Assembly: GCA_902610905.1 (NCBI GenBank)
Contig: CACLXS010000002.1
Coordinates: forward strand, 39,808-103,807
Length of the DNA stretch: 64,000 bases
DNA from: an uncultured SAR86 cluster bacterium
Lineage (GTDB): Bacteria > Pseudomonadota > Gammaproteobacteria > Magnimaribacterales > D2472
Reading direction: 5' to 3'
The notes below the pieces were generated by a model. The model saw only the letters and a list, made by a program, of their open reading frames with translations. It did not search any database and was not told the DNA's origin. Positions within the stretch are counted from its first letter, which is position 1, and each line of letters starts with the position of its first letter. The position numbers and the translations under genes are program-made. Shown here piece after piece: positions 27,513 to 36,074 of the stretch.

Positions 27513-27548
27513 AATTTATATAAATTATATAATTTATATAATTTATTA
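27513..27548. repeat. Four tandem 9-bp A/T repeats (AATTTATAT-like) just upstream of tRNA-Leu
   Basis: The units are aatttatat / aaattatat / aatttatat / aatttatta, read directly. They lie 27-62 nt upstream of the tRNA 5' end on the minus strand. Confidence 0.9.
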
Positions 27549-27630
27549 TACTTTTAACTGGAATCATTACTATAATTTTAATTATCTTGGTAAAGAAATT
27601 TTAAAAATAAATTGCTAAATTAATTGATGA

Positions 27631-28023
27631 TTATATAAGTTTTCCTTCATCTCTCATTTGTTTTCTTATTTTTGTAGCGCTTATATCAGTTACTGATTTT
27701 TCAAACACCTCTTCTTCGAAAACATAACCTACACCTCTTCCATAAGTAATATTAACAATATTTGGAACGAGCATAATTTCATAGTGTACTCCTCTCTCAA
27801 AACCACCTTTTATAAGTCCATCTTCAATATTGCTGCAAACAGTATCCCAGTCAAAAGGATTGTCATCTTGGCCATCGCCTCCAGATGCACCTTGGACATC
27901 TCTGACTTGAATAATTACTTGTCCTGTTTTATCAATACATCTTTTAAATAATTCTTGATGGCCATTGTGCCACGGTTGCCATCTACCAAGCATTTGGACT
28001 GTTGGTTTCTTCCAATTAAACAT
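27631..28023 (-). CDS. Small cytidylyltransferase-fold nucleotidyltransferase, NMN adenylyltransferase (NadM/NadR-N)-like
   Basis: It carries the (H/T)xGH motif in the NMNAT-type context LGRWQPWHNGH and the C-terminal ISATKIR motif. I start it at ATG 28023 (130 aa), which has TAAGGAGAAAT immediately upstream and overlaps the upstream stop as ATGTTTAA. The track start at 28041 lies inside that SD. Confidence 0.6.
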   Translation of the reverse strand: MFNWKKPTVQMLGRWQPWHNGHQELFKRCIDKTGQVIIQVRDVQGASGGDGQDDNPFDWDTVCSNIEDGLIKGGFERGVHYEIMLVPNIVNITYGRGVGYVFEEEVFEKSVTDISATKIRKQMRDEGKLI

Positions 28024-28429
28024 ATTTCTCCTTAATATCATATGCTAAATTTATATGGTTTTTGTCATTCCATTCTGTAATATGATAATCAACGTTACTA
28101 GGAGCTTGAAAGATTTTATTGGTATCCTCAAACCTGCACTCTTTTATTGTATCCAACCAAACTGTAATATCTGCATTAAAATTATTTCTAGTAGACTTTG
28201 TTGGACACACAAAATCACATATAACAAATCTTCCATGGCTTTTTTCAAAATCTGCAAAAGTTTTCATTCTATTAGATTGTCTTGACCTACCTTCATATGA
28301 AAAATCCCAGTCATTTGCCATTTCACGAACTTTATCCGCGTTATACCATGCTGCATTCAAAAGAGGTGCAAGTCTTTCTGTCAAATAAGTTTTTCCTGAG
28401 CCCGGTAGACCCATTACTAATATTTTCAT
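28016..28429 (-). CDS. Small P-loop kinase (APS-kinase / AAA_33-like)
   Basis: 137 aa with Walker A VMGLPGSGKTYL. The segment YNADKVRE...DFSYEGRSRQSNRM...GRFVICDFVCP parallels the CysC-type LDGDNVR...GFS..DR.EN.RR layout. The substrate is unknown. Confidence 0.55.
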   Translation of the reverse strand: MKILVMGLPGSGKTYLTERLAPLLNAAWYNADKVREMANDWDFSYEGRSRQSNRMKTFADFEKSHGRFVICDFVCPTKSTRNNFNADITVWLDTIKECRFEDTNKIFQAPSNVDYHITEWNDKNHINLAYDIKEKYV

Positions 28430-28514
28430 AAATATTTATTATATATTAGAGCGCATTATATACACACATCTTTAAAATAGAAGCTGTTTAAAATAAATAT
28501 AATATTAATTCTTG

Positions 28515-28588
28515 TGGAGGCTGAAGCCGGAATCGAACCGGCGTAAACGGCTTTGCAGGCCGCTGCATAACCACTCTGCCATCCAGCC
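28515..28588 (-). tRNA. tRNA-Cys (anticodon GCA), CCA encoded
   Basis: 74 nt, read as the reverse complement: GGCTGGA...GCGGC CTGCAAA GCCGT TTAC GCCGG TTCGATT CCGGC TTCAGCC T CCA. Confidence 0.9.
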
Positions 28589-28639
28589 TAAAAGTGTGTA
28601 TTGTATACAATAGATTTATTAATGAAAGCAAAAAATCAA

Positions 28640-29407
28640 TTATAAATTTTCAATTCTCTGAATATCACTTTCAATACACTTTTCTCCATATTGGATTTCA
28701 ATTATTCGAACAGGCTCTTTGAATGGATTTATAATTTGATGCCATTGTTCAACATGAACTATATAATGTTCAAATTTATTTAACTTTAATTCATTTATAC
28801 TTCCAGTATTATTTTTATTTGCATATTTGACATAACATGCACCCTCACTTACTAACCATATTTCACTTCTATTAAAATGTCTTTGAAAGCTTATCTCCTT
28901 ACCTGGATTAATAATCAATTCCTTTACTTTAATATTTTTGGTCTGAAATAAATTAAAAAAAGAACCCCAGCTCCTTTCTTCGAAATAATACTGCCATTTA
29001 TTAAGAATCCATGATGAAGAATTTTTTTTATCATCGCCGCCTACAGAAAATAAGAAATTAATACCTTCAACTGACATCTCTGGTATATTTTTATCATTTC
29101 TATCACCGCCATTTGCAAAATAAATTTCATCATTTGGGTATTGCTTTTTAATTTTCTCTAATGCTTTTATGCATGAACCTTTTTGGTCATCATCAAAATC
29201 AATAACTTCATCTACATAACTTATTGAACTAACTATTGAGCATCTCTCTAAGTAAGGCATGAAAAATTTTCCCTTCTTATTTTCAAGCCATTTATCACTG
29301 TTTAAGGCTACTATTAATTTATCTCCAAATTCTTTTGCGGATTTGAAATATTGAATATGTCCAGAATGAATTGGATCAAATCCACCGCTAACAACAACTA
29401 TTTTCAT
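28640..29407 (-). CDS. Fusion protein: N-terminal cytidylyl/adenylyltransferase domain (RfaE-II/TagD-like) plus C-terminal cupin (type-II phosphomannose-isomerase-like)
   Basis: 255 aa. The N-terminus is VVSGGFDPIHSGHIQYF...LIVALNSD. The C-terminus ERSWGSFFNLFQ...KVKELIINPGKEISFQRHFNRSEIWLVSEGA matches the ManC/PMI cupin pattern RPWG...vK.i.v.PG..lS.Q.H..R.E.W.vv.G. It overlaps pgsA by 4 nt. Confidence 0.65.
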   Translation of the reverse strand: MKIVVVSGGFDPIHSGHIQYFKSAKEFGDKLIVALNSDKWLENKKGKFFMPYLERCSIVSSISYVDEVIDFDDDQKGSCIKALEKIKKQYPNDEIYFANGGDRNDKNIPEMSVEGINFLFSVGGDDKKNSSSWILNKWQYYFEERSWGSFFNLFQTKNIKVKELIINPGKEISFQRHFNRSEIWLVSEGACYVKYANKNNTGSINELKLNKFEHYIVHVEQWHQIINPFKEPVRIIEIQYGEKCIESDIQRIENL

Positions 29408-29943
29408 TTTGGTTTAAAGGTATTTAATGTATAAATTAACCCTGTATAAAAAGTAATAAAAAGTGAAATGAATAAGAGAATATCCGCTATAACAATTATT
29501 AACATATTGTTTATGGTCAATCCTAATAAGTATATTGAAAGAGTTGATAGTTGAACGGTGGTCTTTATTTTTGCTAAAAATGTAACCTTGGTCGCATCAC
29601 TTTTTCCATTTCTAGCATTTAAATCTCTTAGAGCCCCCACCCAAATCTCTCTTGTTATAATTACTGCTCCAATAAAACCAATTAAGTAACTTGAAAGATT
29701 TATTGCAAGTCCAAATAAAACAAAAAGAATAAGTATTTTATCTGCAATTGGATCTAGTATTTCACCAAGTTGAGATACTGCATTATATTTTCGAGCTAAA
29801 TAACCATCAAAATAATCTGTGACTCCAGCTATAAAAAATAGCACTAGTGCCAAAAAGTACCCATCAGGTGACATTAACAGCACAAATATTATTGCTGCTA
29901 AGAGAATTCTTGATAATGTTAGTATATTAATTAAGGCTGTCAC
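29404..29943 (-). CDS. pgsA: CDP-diacylglycerol--glycerol-3-phosphate 3-phosphatidyltransferase
   Basis: 179 aa with the CDP-alcohol phosphotransferase motif DYFDGYLARK...G..LDPIADK. It lies downstream of uvrC, as in E. coli. Confidence 0.9.
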   Translation of the reverse strand: MTALINILTLSRILLAAIIFVLLMSPDGYFLALVLFFIAGVTDYFDGYLARKYNAVSQLGEILDPIADKILILFVLFGLAINLSSYLIGFIGAVIITREIWVGALRDLNARNGKSDATKVTFLAKIKTTVQLSTLSIYLLGLTINNMLIIVIADILLFISLFITFYTGLIYTLNTFKPK

Positions 29944-29946
29944 AAT

Positions 29947-31734
29947 TTAAAGCTTTTCTTTGATTAATTGTGCTATTTTGGCATTAATCCCTTTTACAGT
30001 CATTAAATCTTCTATTTTTGCTGATTTGATATTTTTTAAACTTTTAAAATTAAGCAATAATCTCTTCTTTAAAACCTTGCCAACTCCTTCAATTTTATCT
30101 AATTGAGATTTTCTATTTTTTGCATTCTTCTTTTTTCTTTGAGCATTAATTGCAAACCTATGAGACTCATCTCTTATTTCTTGCAATAATAAATAACCTT
30201 TAGATTCCTTTTTAAATTCAATTATTCCTTCTTGTGATAACACTGTTTCTGTTGCTCTTATTCTATTTATACCTTTAACAATTGATATAACTTTTATATC
30301 GTTATGTTCTGAATTATGAATTACTGATTGAGAAAAATTAAGTTGATTACTACCACCATCAATAAGAATTAAATCAGGTTTTGTATCTTTATTATCATAA
30401 TATTTAATTCTTCTTTGAATTACATGCTCTAAAGAACCAACATCATTTCCAGATAACTCTTTTGGTATATTGAATGTTCTATATTCTTTCTTAATAGGTC
30501 CCTCATTTGTATAAACAACACATGCTGTAACAGCATGATTTCCAGAGATGTGACTAACATCATATGCTTCAATTTTCTTTATATCCTTTTTATGTCCTAT
30601 ATGATTATTTAGGTCGTCAAAAGCAAAGTTGTATTTATCGGACTTGCTTAAATGATTTTCAATTATTTGTTTTGCATTTAACTTACATAAATTATAAATA
30701 GGTCGAAGGGATTTGCTTGGACTATGTGTAATTTGGACATTTGCATTAAACTTCTTTTTTAAGACCTTACATATCAATTCTTTGCTTTGAAGTGAGTGAG
30801 TGCATAAAACTTTTTTAGGAATATCCAACTGTGAATCATAAAAGTTAATAATTGCCATTTGATATAAAGAGTCTATAGATTCAAAAAAAGCTTTTTTAAC
30901 TAAATGAGTTTTGGTCCCTCTTATTTTTCCTTTTCTTACTACTATTATTGAAATACCAATATAGTTATTTTCTGAATATATAGAAAATATGTCTATGTCT
31001 CTTGCAATAGTAACCACAGATTGTTCTTCATGAATAAGTTCAATTCTTTTTAATTTATCTCTTATGTCAGCAGCTCTTTCAAAATCTAAATCATTAGATG
31101 CCTTTTGGATGTCATTTTTTAAACGCCCAATAGTCTTTGAGTCAGATGAAGATAAATATGATTTTGCAGATTCTACGTCTTCAAAGTAATCAATTGTCCT
31201 TATATTTTTTACACAGGGTGCCGAACATCTCTTCATTTGAAATTCTATGCAAGGCCTAGATCTGTTTGAAAATGTAGAGTCGTTGCAATTTCTGAGTTTG
31301 AAAACTTTTTGAATTTCCTTAATAGATTTTTTTACAGCGCCTGAACTTACAAAGGGACCAAAATAGTTTGAATTAACTGCTTTTTTTGTTCTTTTTAAAT
31401 ATATGCCTGGATAATCATGATCTAAGGAAAAATATATGTATGGGTATGTTTTATCATCTCGAAGAAGAATATTAAACTTAGGTTTATTTTCTTTGATTAA
31501 TGTTTGCTCTAGGAGCAGCGCCTCAACTTCATTTTTAGTTGTAAAAGTTTCAACCTTGTCTGTTAAGAATTTTATTTGTGAAGTTTTTCTGTCTTTAAAA
31601 GAGTTACCAAAATAACTTGAAACTCTTTTTTTTAAATTTTTAGCTTTTCCAATATAAATAATTTCAGTTTTGTTAAAAAATTTATATACGCCCGGTGTTG
31701 ATGGAACTTTTTTAAGATCAACCGCCATGTTCAT
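29947..31734 (-). CDS. uvrC: Excinuclease ABC subunit C
   Basis: 595 aa with a GIY-YIG N-terminus (PGVYKFFNKTEIIYIGKAKNLKKRV), a UVR domain, an endonuclease region and a C-terminal HhH. Confidence 0.93.
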   Translation of the reverse strand: MNMAVDLKKVPSTPGVYKFFNKTEIIYIGKAKNLKKRVSSYFGNSFKDRKTSQIKFLTDKVETFTTKNEVEALLLEQTLIKENKPKFNILLRDDKTYPYIYFSLDHDYPGIYLKRTKKAVNSNYFGPFVSSGAVKKSIKEIQKVFKLRNCNDSTFSNRSRPCIEFQMKRCSAPCVKNIRTIDYFEDVESAKSYLSSSDSKTIGRLKNDIQKASNDLDFERAADIRDKLKRIELIHEEQSVVTIARDIDIFSIYSENNYIGISIIVVRKGKIRGTKTHLVKKAFFESIDSLYQMAIINFYDSQLDIPKKVLCTHSLQSKELICKVLKKKFNANVQITHSPSKSLRPIYNLCKLNAKQIIENHLSKSDKYNFAFDDLNNHIGHKKDIKKIEAYDVSHISGNHAVTACVVYTNEGPIKKEYRTFNIPKELSGNDVGSLEHVIQRRIKYYDNKDTKPDLILIDGGSNQLNFSQSVIHNSEHNDIKVISIVKGINRIRATETVLSQEGIIEFKKESKGYLLLQEIRDESHRFAINAQRKKKNAKNRKSQLDKIEGVGKVLKKRLLLNFKSLKNIKSAKIEDLMTVKGINAKIAQLIKEKL

Positions 31735-33136
31735 CTAGATACTTTTTGGCAAAAATTTTTCCTGCACTAACACCGTATTGGTCGAAGGGATTGATTTGAA
31801 GCATTTTTGCAGTCACATATGTTCTATGCTCCCAGGTTGCAATTAAAAACCCTAGAGTTTTTGGATTTAATTCTTTGAGTGTAAATAGGTTCGTAGGAAT
31901 ATTTCCATTTACTTGCTCAAATGATTCTAGTTTCTCATGAGGTCCATTTGATAAAAGACTTGCTTGTGCCTGTGATTGAGCATATAACAATTTATTTGTG
32001 TCTTTATTTGATTCAATTGTAAAAATATCCGCACATGCAGAAGCTGTACCTTGGTGTAGTAATTGAAAGTAGCTGTGTTGGGCTGTAGAACCAAAACCAC
32101 CAAAAATTATCTGACCAGTATTTTTAAATATTGAATTAGGGTTTGCTTGCTTTCCAATAGATTCCATTTCAAGTTGCTGAGCATAATCAGAAAAAAATCT
32201 CATTTTCCAGCTATATAAGAGAAGAACTCTTGTATGTTTATTATCAAAATTGTTATACCAGATATCACTAAAAGATAATAAATTTATAAAATCATTATAA
32301 TCATCATCGTTAAGCAGAAGATTGTCTGCTTCATGTCCTCCAACCAAGAACTCTTTAAAATTTTCTTCAAGTTCTAATATTGCCGGAAGTGCTATTGGAG
32401 ACCACATTGAATACCTTCCTCCAATTTCATTTGGAAATTCAATTATGTTTTCTTTGAAGCCAAAGTTTTGAGCTTTATCTGGCTGGGAGGTAATAGCTAT
32501 AAAATGATCTTCAAATTTACATTTTTTTTCTAGCCATGCTTTTGATAAAGCCATACTTTGCAGAGTTTCATCAGTGCTGAATGACTTAGAGGAAACAATA
32601 AAAAAAGTATCTTCTTGATTTAATGGTATAACTGTTTCATTAAATTCAGCTGTATCTGGTCCAGTTAAAAAAATATGCTTAAAGTTTCTATCATTCTCAC
32701 TTGTTAGTGTTTCAATTAACAATTTAGGTCCTTCAAAAGAACCACCAATACCAATAGTAACAATGTTTTTAATACCTTTTTTAATTAAGTCCTGTTTAAG
32801 TCTTATACACTTTTCAATATTTAAACGACAAAATTCTATTAATTCTACAGAAGCAAAATTGTTTGAAGAGGAAGCATACATATCTCTGTAAACATGATGC
32901 AATGCTGACTGATTTTCAGTTTCGTTGACAATATCGCCCTTAAATAAAGATTGAATTGATTGAGAAACCTTTAGATCATCATAGTGAGATTTAAACAGGG
33001 AAAAAAGCTTACTATTAAATCCCCTTAATGAAGATTTATATTCTAAATTATTGTTTGAGTATAAATGCTGATAAACCTCATCTTTGCATTGAGAAGTCTC
33101 ATCAATAATTTTATTAAATATGCTCATGTTTGCCAT
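31718..33136 (-). CDS. pgi: Glucose-6-phosphate isomerase (short form)
   Basis: 472 aa containing IGIGGS, SKSFSTDET, GGRYSMWS, MESIGK and GSTAQHSYFQLLHQG. Confidence 0.9.
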   Translation of the reverse strand: MANMSIFNKIIDETSQCKDEVYQHLYSNNNLEYKSSLRGFNSKLFSLFKSHYDDLKVSQSIQSLFKGDIVNETENQSALHHVYRDMYASSSNNFASVELIEFCRLNIEKCIRLKQDLIKKGIKNIVTIGIGGSFEGPKLLIETLTSENDRNFKHIFLTGPDTAEFNETVIPLNQEDTFFIVSSKSFSTDETLQSMALSKAWLEKKCKFEDHFIAITSQPDKAQNFGFKENIIEFPNEIGGRYSMWSPIALPAILELEENFKEFLVGGHEADNLLLNDDDYNDFINLLSFSDIWYNNFDNKHTRVLLLYSWKMRFFSDYAQQLEMESIGKQANPNSIFKNTGQIIFGGFGSTAQHSYFQLLHQGTASACADIFTIESNKDTNKLLYAQSQAQASLLSNGPHEKLESFEQVNGNIPTNLFTLKELNPKTLGFLIATWEHRTYVTAKMLQINPFDQYGVSAGKIFAKKYLDEHGG

Positions 33137-33801
33137 ATGGAATTATGAATTTCTTGGAGTGCTTCACTAATGTTTGGTGCATTAGTGATAGGTCTTCCTA
33201 TCACAATATAGTCTGCACCTTTTGAAATTGCATCTTTTGGAGTCATCACCCTGCTTTGATCATCAGAAGATTCAGAAAGTCTTATCCCCGGAGTTATAGA
33301 CAACAATGATTTTTGTGCAACAACCAAATCAAGTTCATGAGGTGAACATACAACTCCATCAATTTGTGCTTCTTGAGCTAAATCTAGCATTGCTTTTACC
33401 TGATTGAATGCAGTTCTTTGAAAGATAGCGCTAGTATCATCATCAGATAAACTGGTTAAAGCCGTAACACCAAATATTTTAATGTTGGTGCCCTCAACAG
33501 CTTTCTTTGCAGCTTTCATCATCTCCAGACCACCAGAAGTGTGAATAGTCATCATGCCTATTGGCAATGAAATCAGCCCCTCGATAGATTTTTTTACAGT
33601 ATTAGGTATGTCATGTAATTTGAGATCTAAAAAAATTTCAAACCCCTTGGAGGCAACATATGTTAAAGCCTCATGCCCTATAGCATTAAAACTTACACTT
33701 CCTACCTTTATCATACATAAGTTGCTATCAAGAGAATCAACAGTTTGCTTGAAAGAGCTTGGTTGAGTCTCATCGACCGCTACGATGATTGGTTTTGACA
33801 T
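33124..33801 (-). CDS. pyrF: Orotidine 5'-phosphate decarboxylase
   Basis: 225 aa containing IVAVD, FLDLKLHDIPNT and DYIVIGRPI. Confidence 0.92.
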   Translation of the reverse strand: MSKPIIVAVDETQPSSFKQTVDSLDSNLCMIKVGSVSFNAIGHEALTYVASKGFEIFLDLKLHDIPNTVKKSIEGLISLPIGMMTIHTSGGLEMMKAAKKAVEGTNIKIFGVTALTSLSDDDTSAIFQRTAFNQVKAMLDLAQEAQIDGVVCSPHELDLVVAQKSLLSITPGIRLSESSDDQSRVMTPKDAISKGADYIVIGRPITNAPNISEALQEIHNSIWQT

Positions 33802-33824
33802 AGTTTGTAAATGTTAAACTTAAG

Positions 33825-34118
33825 TTACTTTTCTATCAATGATTTTGATGGCTTGAAGTGCATTGTTGCAGTCTCGCCTAAATATGATACTTCTTTAGTT
33901 TTAGGATTAATAAACTTTCTTGGCCTTATATATTTCTTTGAAAAGGTACCAAATCCTCTTATTTCAACCTTTTCATCTAGCGCAACAGCATCAACAATTG
34001 ATTCTAAAATAGAATCAATCGCTAATGAAATTTGTGATTTATTAAGATTTGGAAACTCTTGACTTAAAGCTAGCTCAATATCCGAACGATTGAAAGTCTG
34101 TTGTTTCTTGTTACTCAC
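33825..34118 (-). CDS. ihfB: Integration host factor beta subunit
   Basis: 97 aa. The segment [11 protein letters not shown]...R...NPKT...V.L......HFKPSK matches E. coli IhfB. It lies immediately downstream of rpsA, the conserved position. Confidence 0.88.
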   Translation of the reverse strand: MSNKKQQTFNRSDIELALSQEFPNLNKSQISLAIDSILESIVDAVALDEKVEIRGFGTFSKKYIRPRKFINPKTKEVSYLGETATMHFKPSKSLIEK

Positions 34119-35418
34119 TCAGCTTTAAAGATATTCTTTCTCTCTCTGCATCAACGGCAAAAACTATACAATCAAGTTTATCACCCTTCTTGTATTGCTC
34201 CAGTGCTTCTTTTGGATCTTCGTCTTCAGAAATATCGGACAAATGAATTAATCCATCAATATCACCCTCAAGTCCAACAAATATACCAAAATCAGTAATG
34301 GACTTTATTTGACCATCAACCTTATCACCAATGCCATATTTATTAGCAAATTCAGTCCAAGGATTTGCTTTAGTTTGTTTTAGACCAAGTGAAATTCTTC
34401 TTTTATCATGATCAATTTCAAGAATCATAACTTTAATTTTTTGATCCATCTCGACAACCTTCGAAGGGTGGATATTTTTGCTTGTCCAGTCGAGTTCAGA
34501 TAAATGTATTAAACCTTCAATACCCTCTTCTAATTGTGCGAAACATCCATAATCAGTAATATTGGAAACAGATGCTTCGTATACACCACCAACTGCATAA
34601 TTACTCTCAACGTTTTCCCATGGATCATTTTGAATCTGCTTTAACCCCAGAGATACTCTTAATTTTTCTTTATCAAAACTAAGAATTTTTACATCTATTT
34701 CATCCCCAAGATTAAGGAATTCTGCAGGGTTCGTTACTCTTGACCATGAGATATCAGTGATGTGAAGTAAGCCATCTAAACCACCTAAGTCTACAAAAGC
34801 TCCATAATCAGTAATATTTTTAACAACACCCTTAACTATTTGACCCTCTTCAAGATTCTTTAATAGCTCTACTTTTACTGCAGAGTTATTTTTCTCAAGA
34901 ACAGCTTTTCTCGAAAGGACTACATTATTTCTTTTGTAATCAAGTTTGATTACCTTAAATTCTTGAACCGTATTTTCTATATCAGGAGCTTCTTTTACAG
35001 GCCTGACATCAACAAGAGAACCTGGTAAAAATGCTTTTACAACCTCTACCTCAACAGCAAATCCACCCTTAACTCTATTATGAATTTTACCAGTAACAAA
35101 CTCTCCAGTTTCAAGTGCTTCTTCGAGCATTTTCCAAGTTGTTATTTTTCTTGCTTTTTCACGAGAAATTCTTGTTTCTCCATATCCATCTTCAACAGCT
35201 TCTAAGGCAACTTCAACCTCGTCACCAACAGATATGTTAACTTCTCCTTCGTTATTTCTGAATTCATCTAGAGGTACGACTCCTTCTGATTTTAAACCTA
35301 CATGGACTGTTACCCAGTCGTTATCTACATCCAATACAACTCCAGAGACTATTGATCCAGGTTGCATATCTAAAGTGCTTAAACTGTCATCAAGTAAAGC
35401 GGCAAATGATTCTGTCAT
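34111..35418 (-). CDS. rpsA: 30S ribosomal protein S1, five-domain form (sixth S1 motif and C-terminal tail absent)
   Basis: 435 aa starting [13 protein letters not shown] (E. coli: MTESFAQLFEESL). Five S1 repeats are recognisable, and the protein ends ...ERISLKLSE where E. coli domain 5 ends (about residue 434). Confidence 0.92.
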   Translation of the reverse strand: MTESFAALLDDSLSTLDMQPGSIVSGVVLDVDNDWVTVHVGLKSEGVVPLDEFRNNEGEVNISVGDEVEVALEAVEDGYGETRISREKARKITTWKMLEEALETGEFVTGKIHNRVKGGFAVEVEVVKAFLPGSLVDVRPVKEAPDIENTVQEFKVIKLDYKRNNVVLSRKAVLEKNNSAVKVELLKNLEEGQIVKGVVKNITDYGAFVDLGGLDGLLHITDISWSRVTNPAEFLNLGDEIDVKILSFDKEKLRVSLGLKQIQNDPWENVESNYAVGGVYEASVSNITDYGCFAQLEEGIEGLIHLSELDWTSKNIHPSKVVEMDQKIKVMILEIDHDKRRISLGLKQTKANPWTEFANKYGIGDKVDGQIKSITDFGIFVGLEGDIDGLIHLSDISEDEDPKEALEQYKKGDKLDCIVFAVDAERERISLKLSE

Positions 35419-36074
35419 TTATTAAATTCCTTTTTTGTGAGCTTTTTAGTAAAACTCAGTACTTCTTCAGGGGTCATTTCAGATGAATCAATTACTATTG
35501 AATCTTCTGCTGGAATTAAAGGCGATAACTTTCTAGTTTTATCCTTTAAGTCTCTTTGCTTAATGTCCTCAATCAGATCGAGCATATTAACTTCTTGACC
35601 TCGATTCTGCAACTCTAATTGTCTTCTTTTTGCTCTTATTTCAGGTGAAGCATTTAGAAAGATTTTCAACTTAGCGTTAGGGAATACTACTGTGCCCATA
35701 TCTCTTCCATCAGCTACCAGTCCTTTTGGTGCATAAAAACCTCGTTGAAGTAACAGCAGGTTTTCTCTAGTCTCAGGAAGTGCGCTAATTTTAGACGCAG
35801 CTTTAGCTGTAGATTCTTTTCTTAATTCATCAGTAATATTATTTTTTTCTTTTAAAACAACAATTCCACTCTCATCAGACTTGAAGGTAATATCCTGATT
35901 GATAGTTTTTGTTATTTGCGCATGTTCAATCCCGCTGTCATATAAGTAAGCATAAACTCTATATAACAAACCACTATCAAGAATTTTAAAACCTAAATAT
36001 TTTGCAATATTTCTTGCTAGAGTACCTTTTCCTGAAGCAGAGGGCCCATCAATGGTAAGGATATTATCTTTCAT
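35415..36074 (-). CDS. cmk: Cytidylate kinase
   Basis: 219 aa containing [13 protein letters not shown] and [13 protein letters not shown]. Confidence 0.92.
   Translation of the reverse strand: MKDNILTIDGPSASGKGTLARNIAKYLGFKILDSGLLYRVYAYLYDSGIEHAQITKTINQDITFKSDESGIVVLKEKNNITDELRKESTAKAASKISALPETRENLLLLQRGFYAPKGLVADGRDMGTVVFPNAKLKIFLNASPEIRAKRRQLELQNRGQEVNMLDLIEDIKQRDLKDKTRKLSPLIPAEDSIVIDSSEMTPEEVLSFTKKLTKKEFNK

Noticed and set aside
27150-27557. A 135-aa plus-strand ORF spanning the wzz 5' end, tRNA-Leu and the 9-bp repeats.
   Set aside because: It reads through a tRNA gene on the opposite strand and through an A/T tandem repeat (NLYKLYNLYNL), so it is an artefact.
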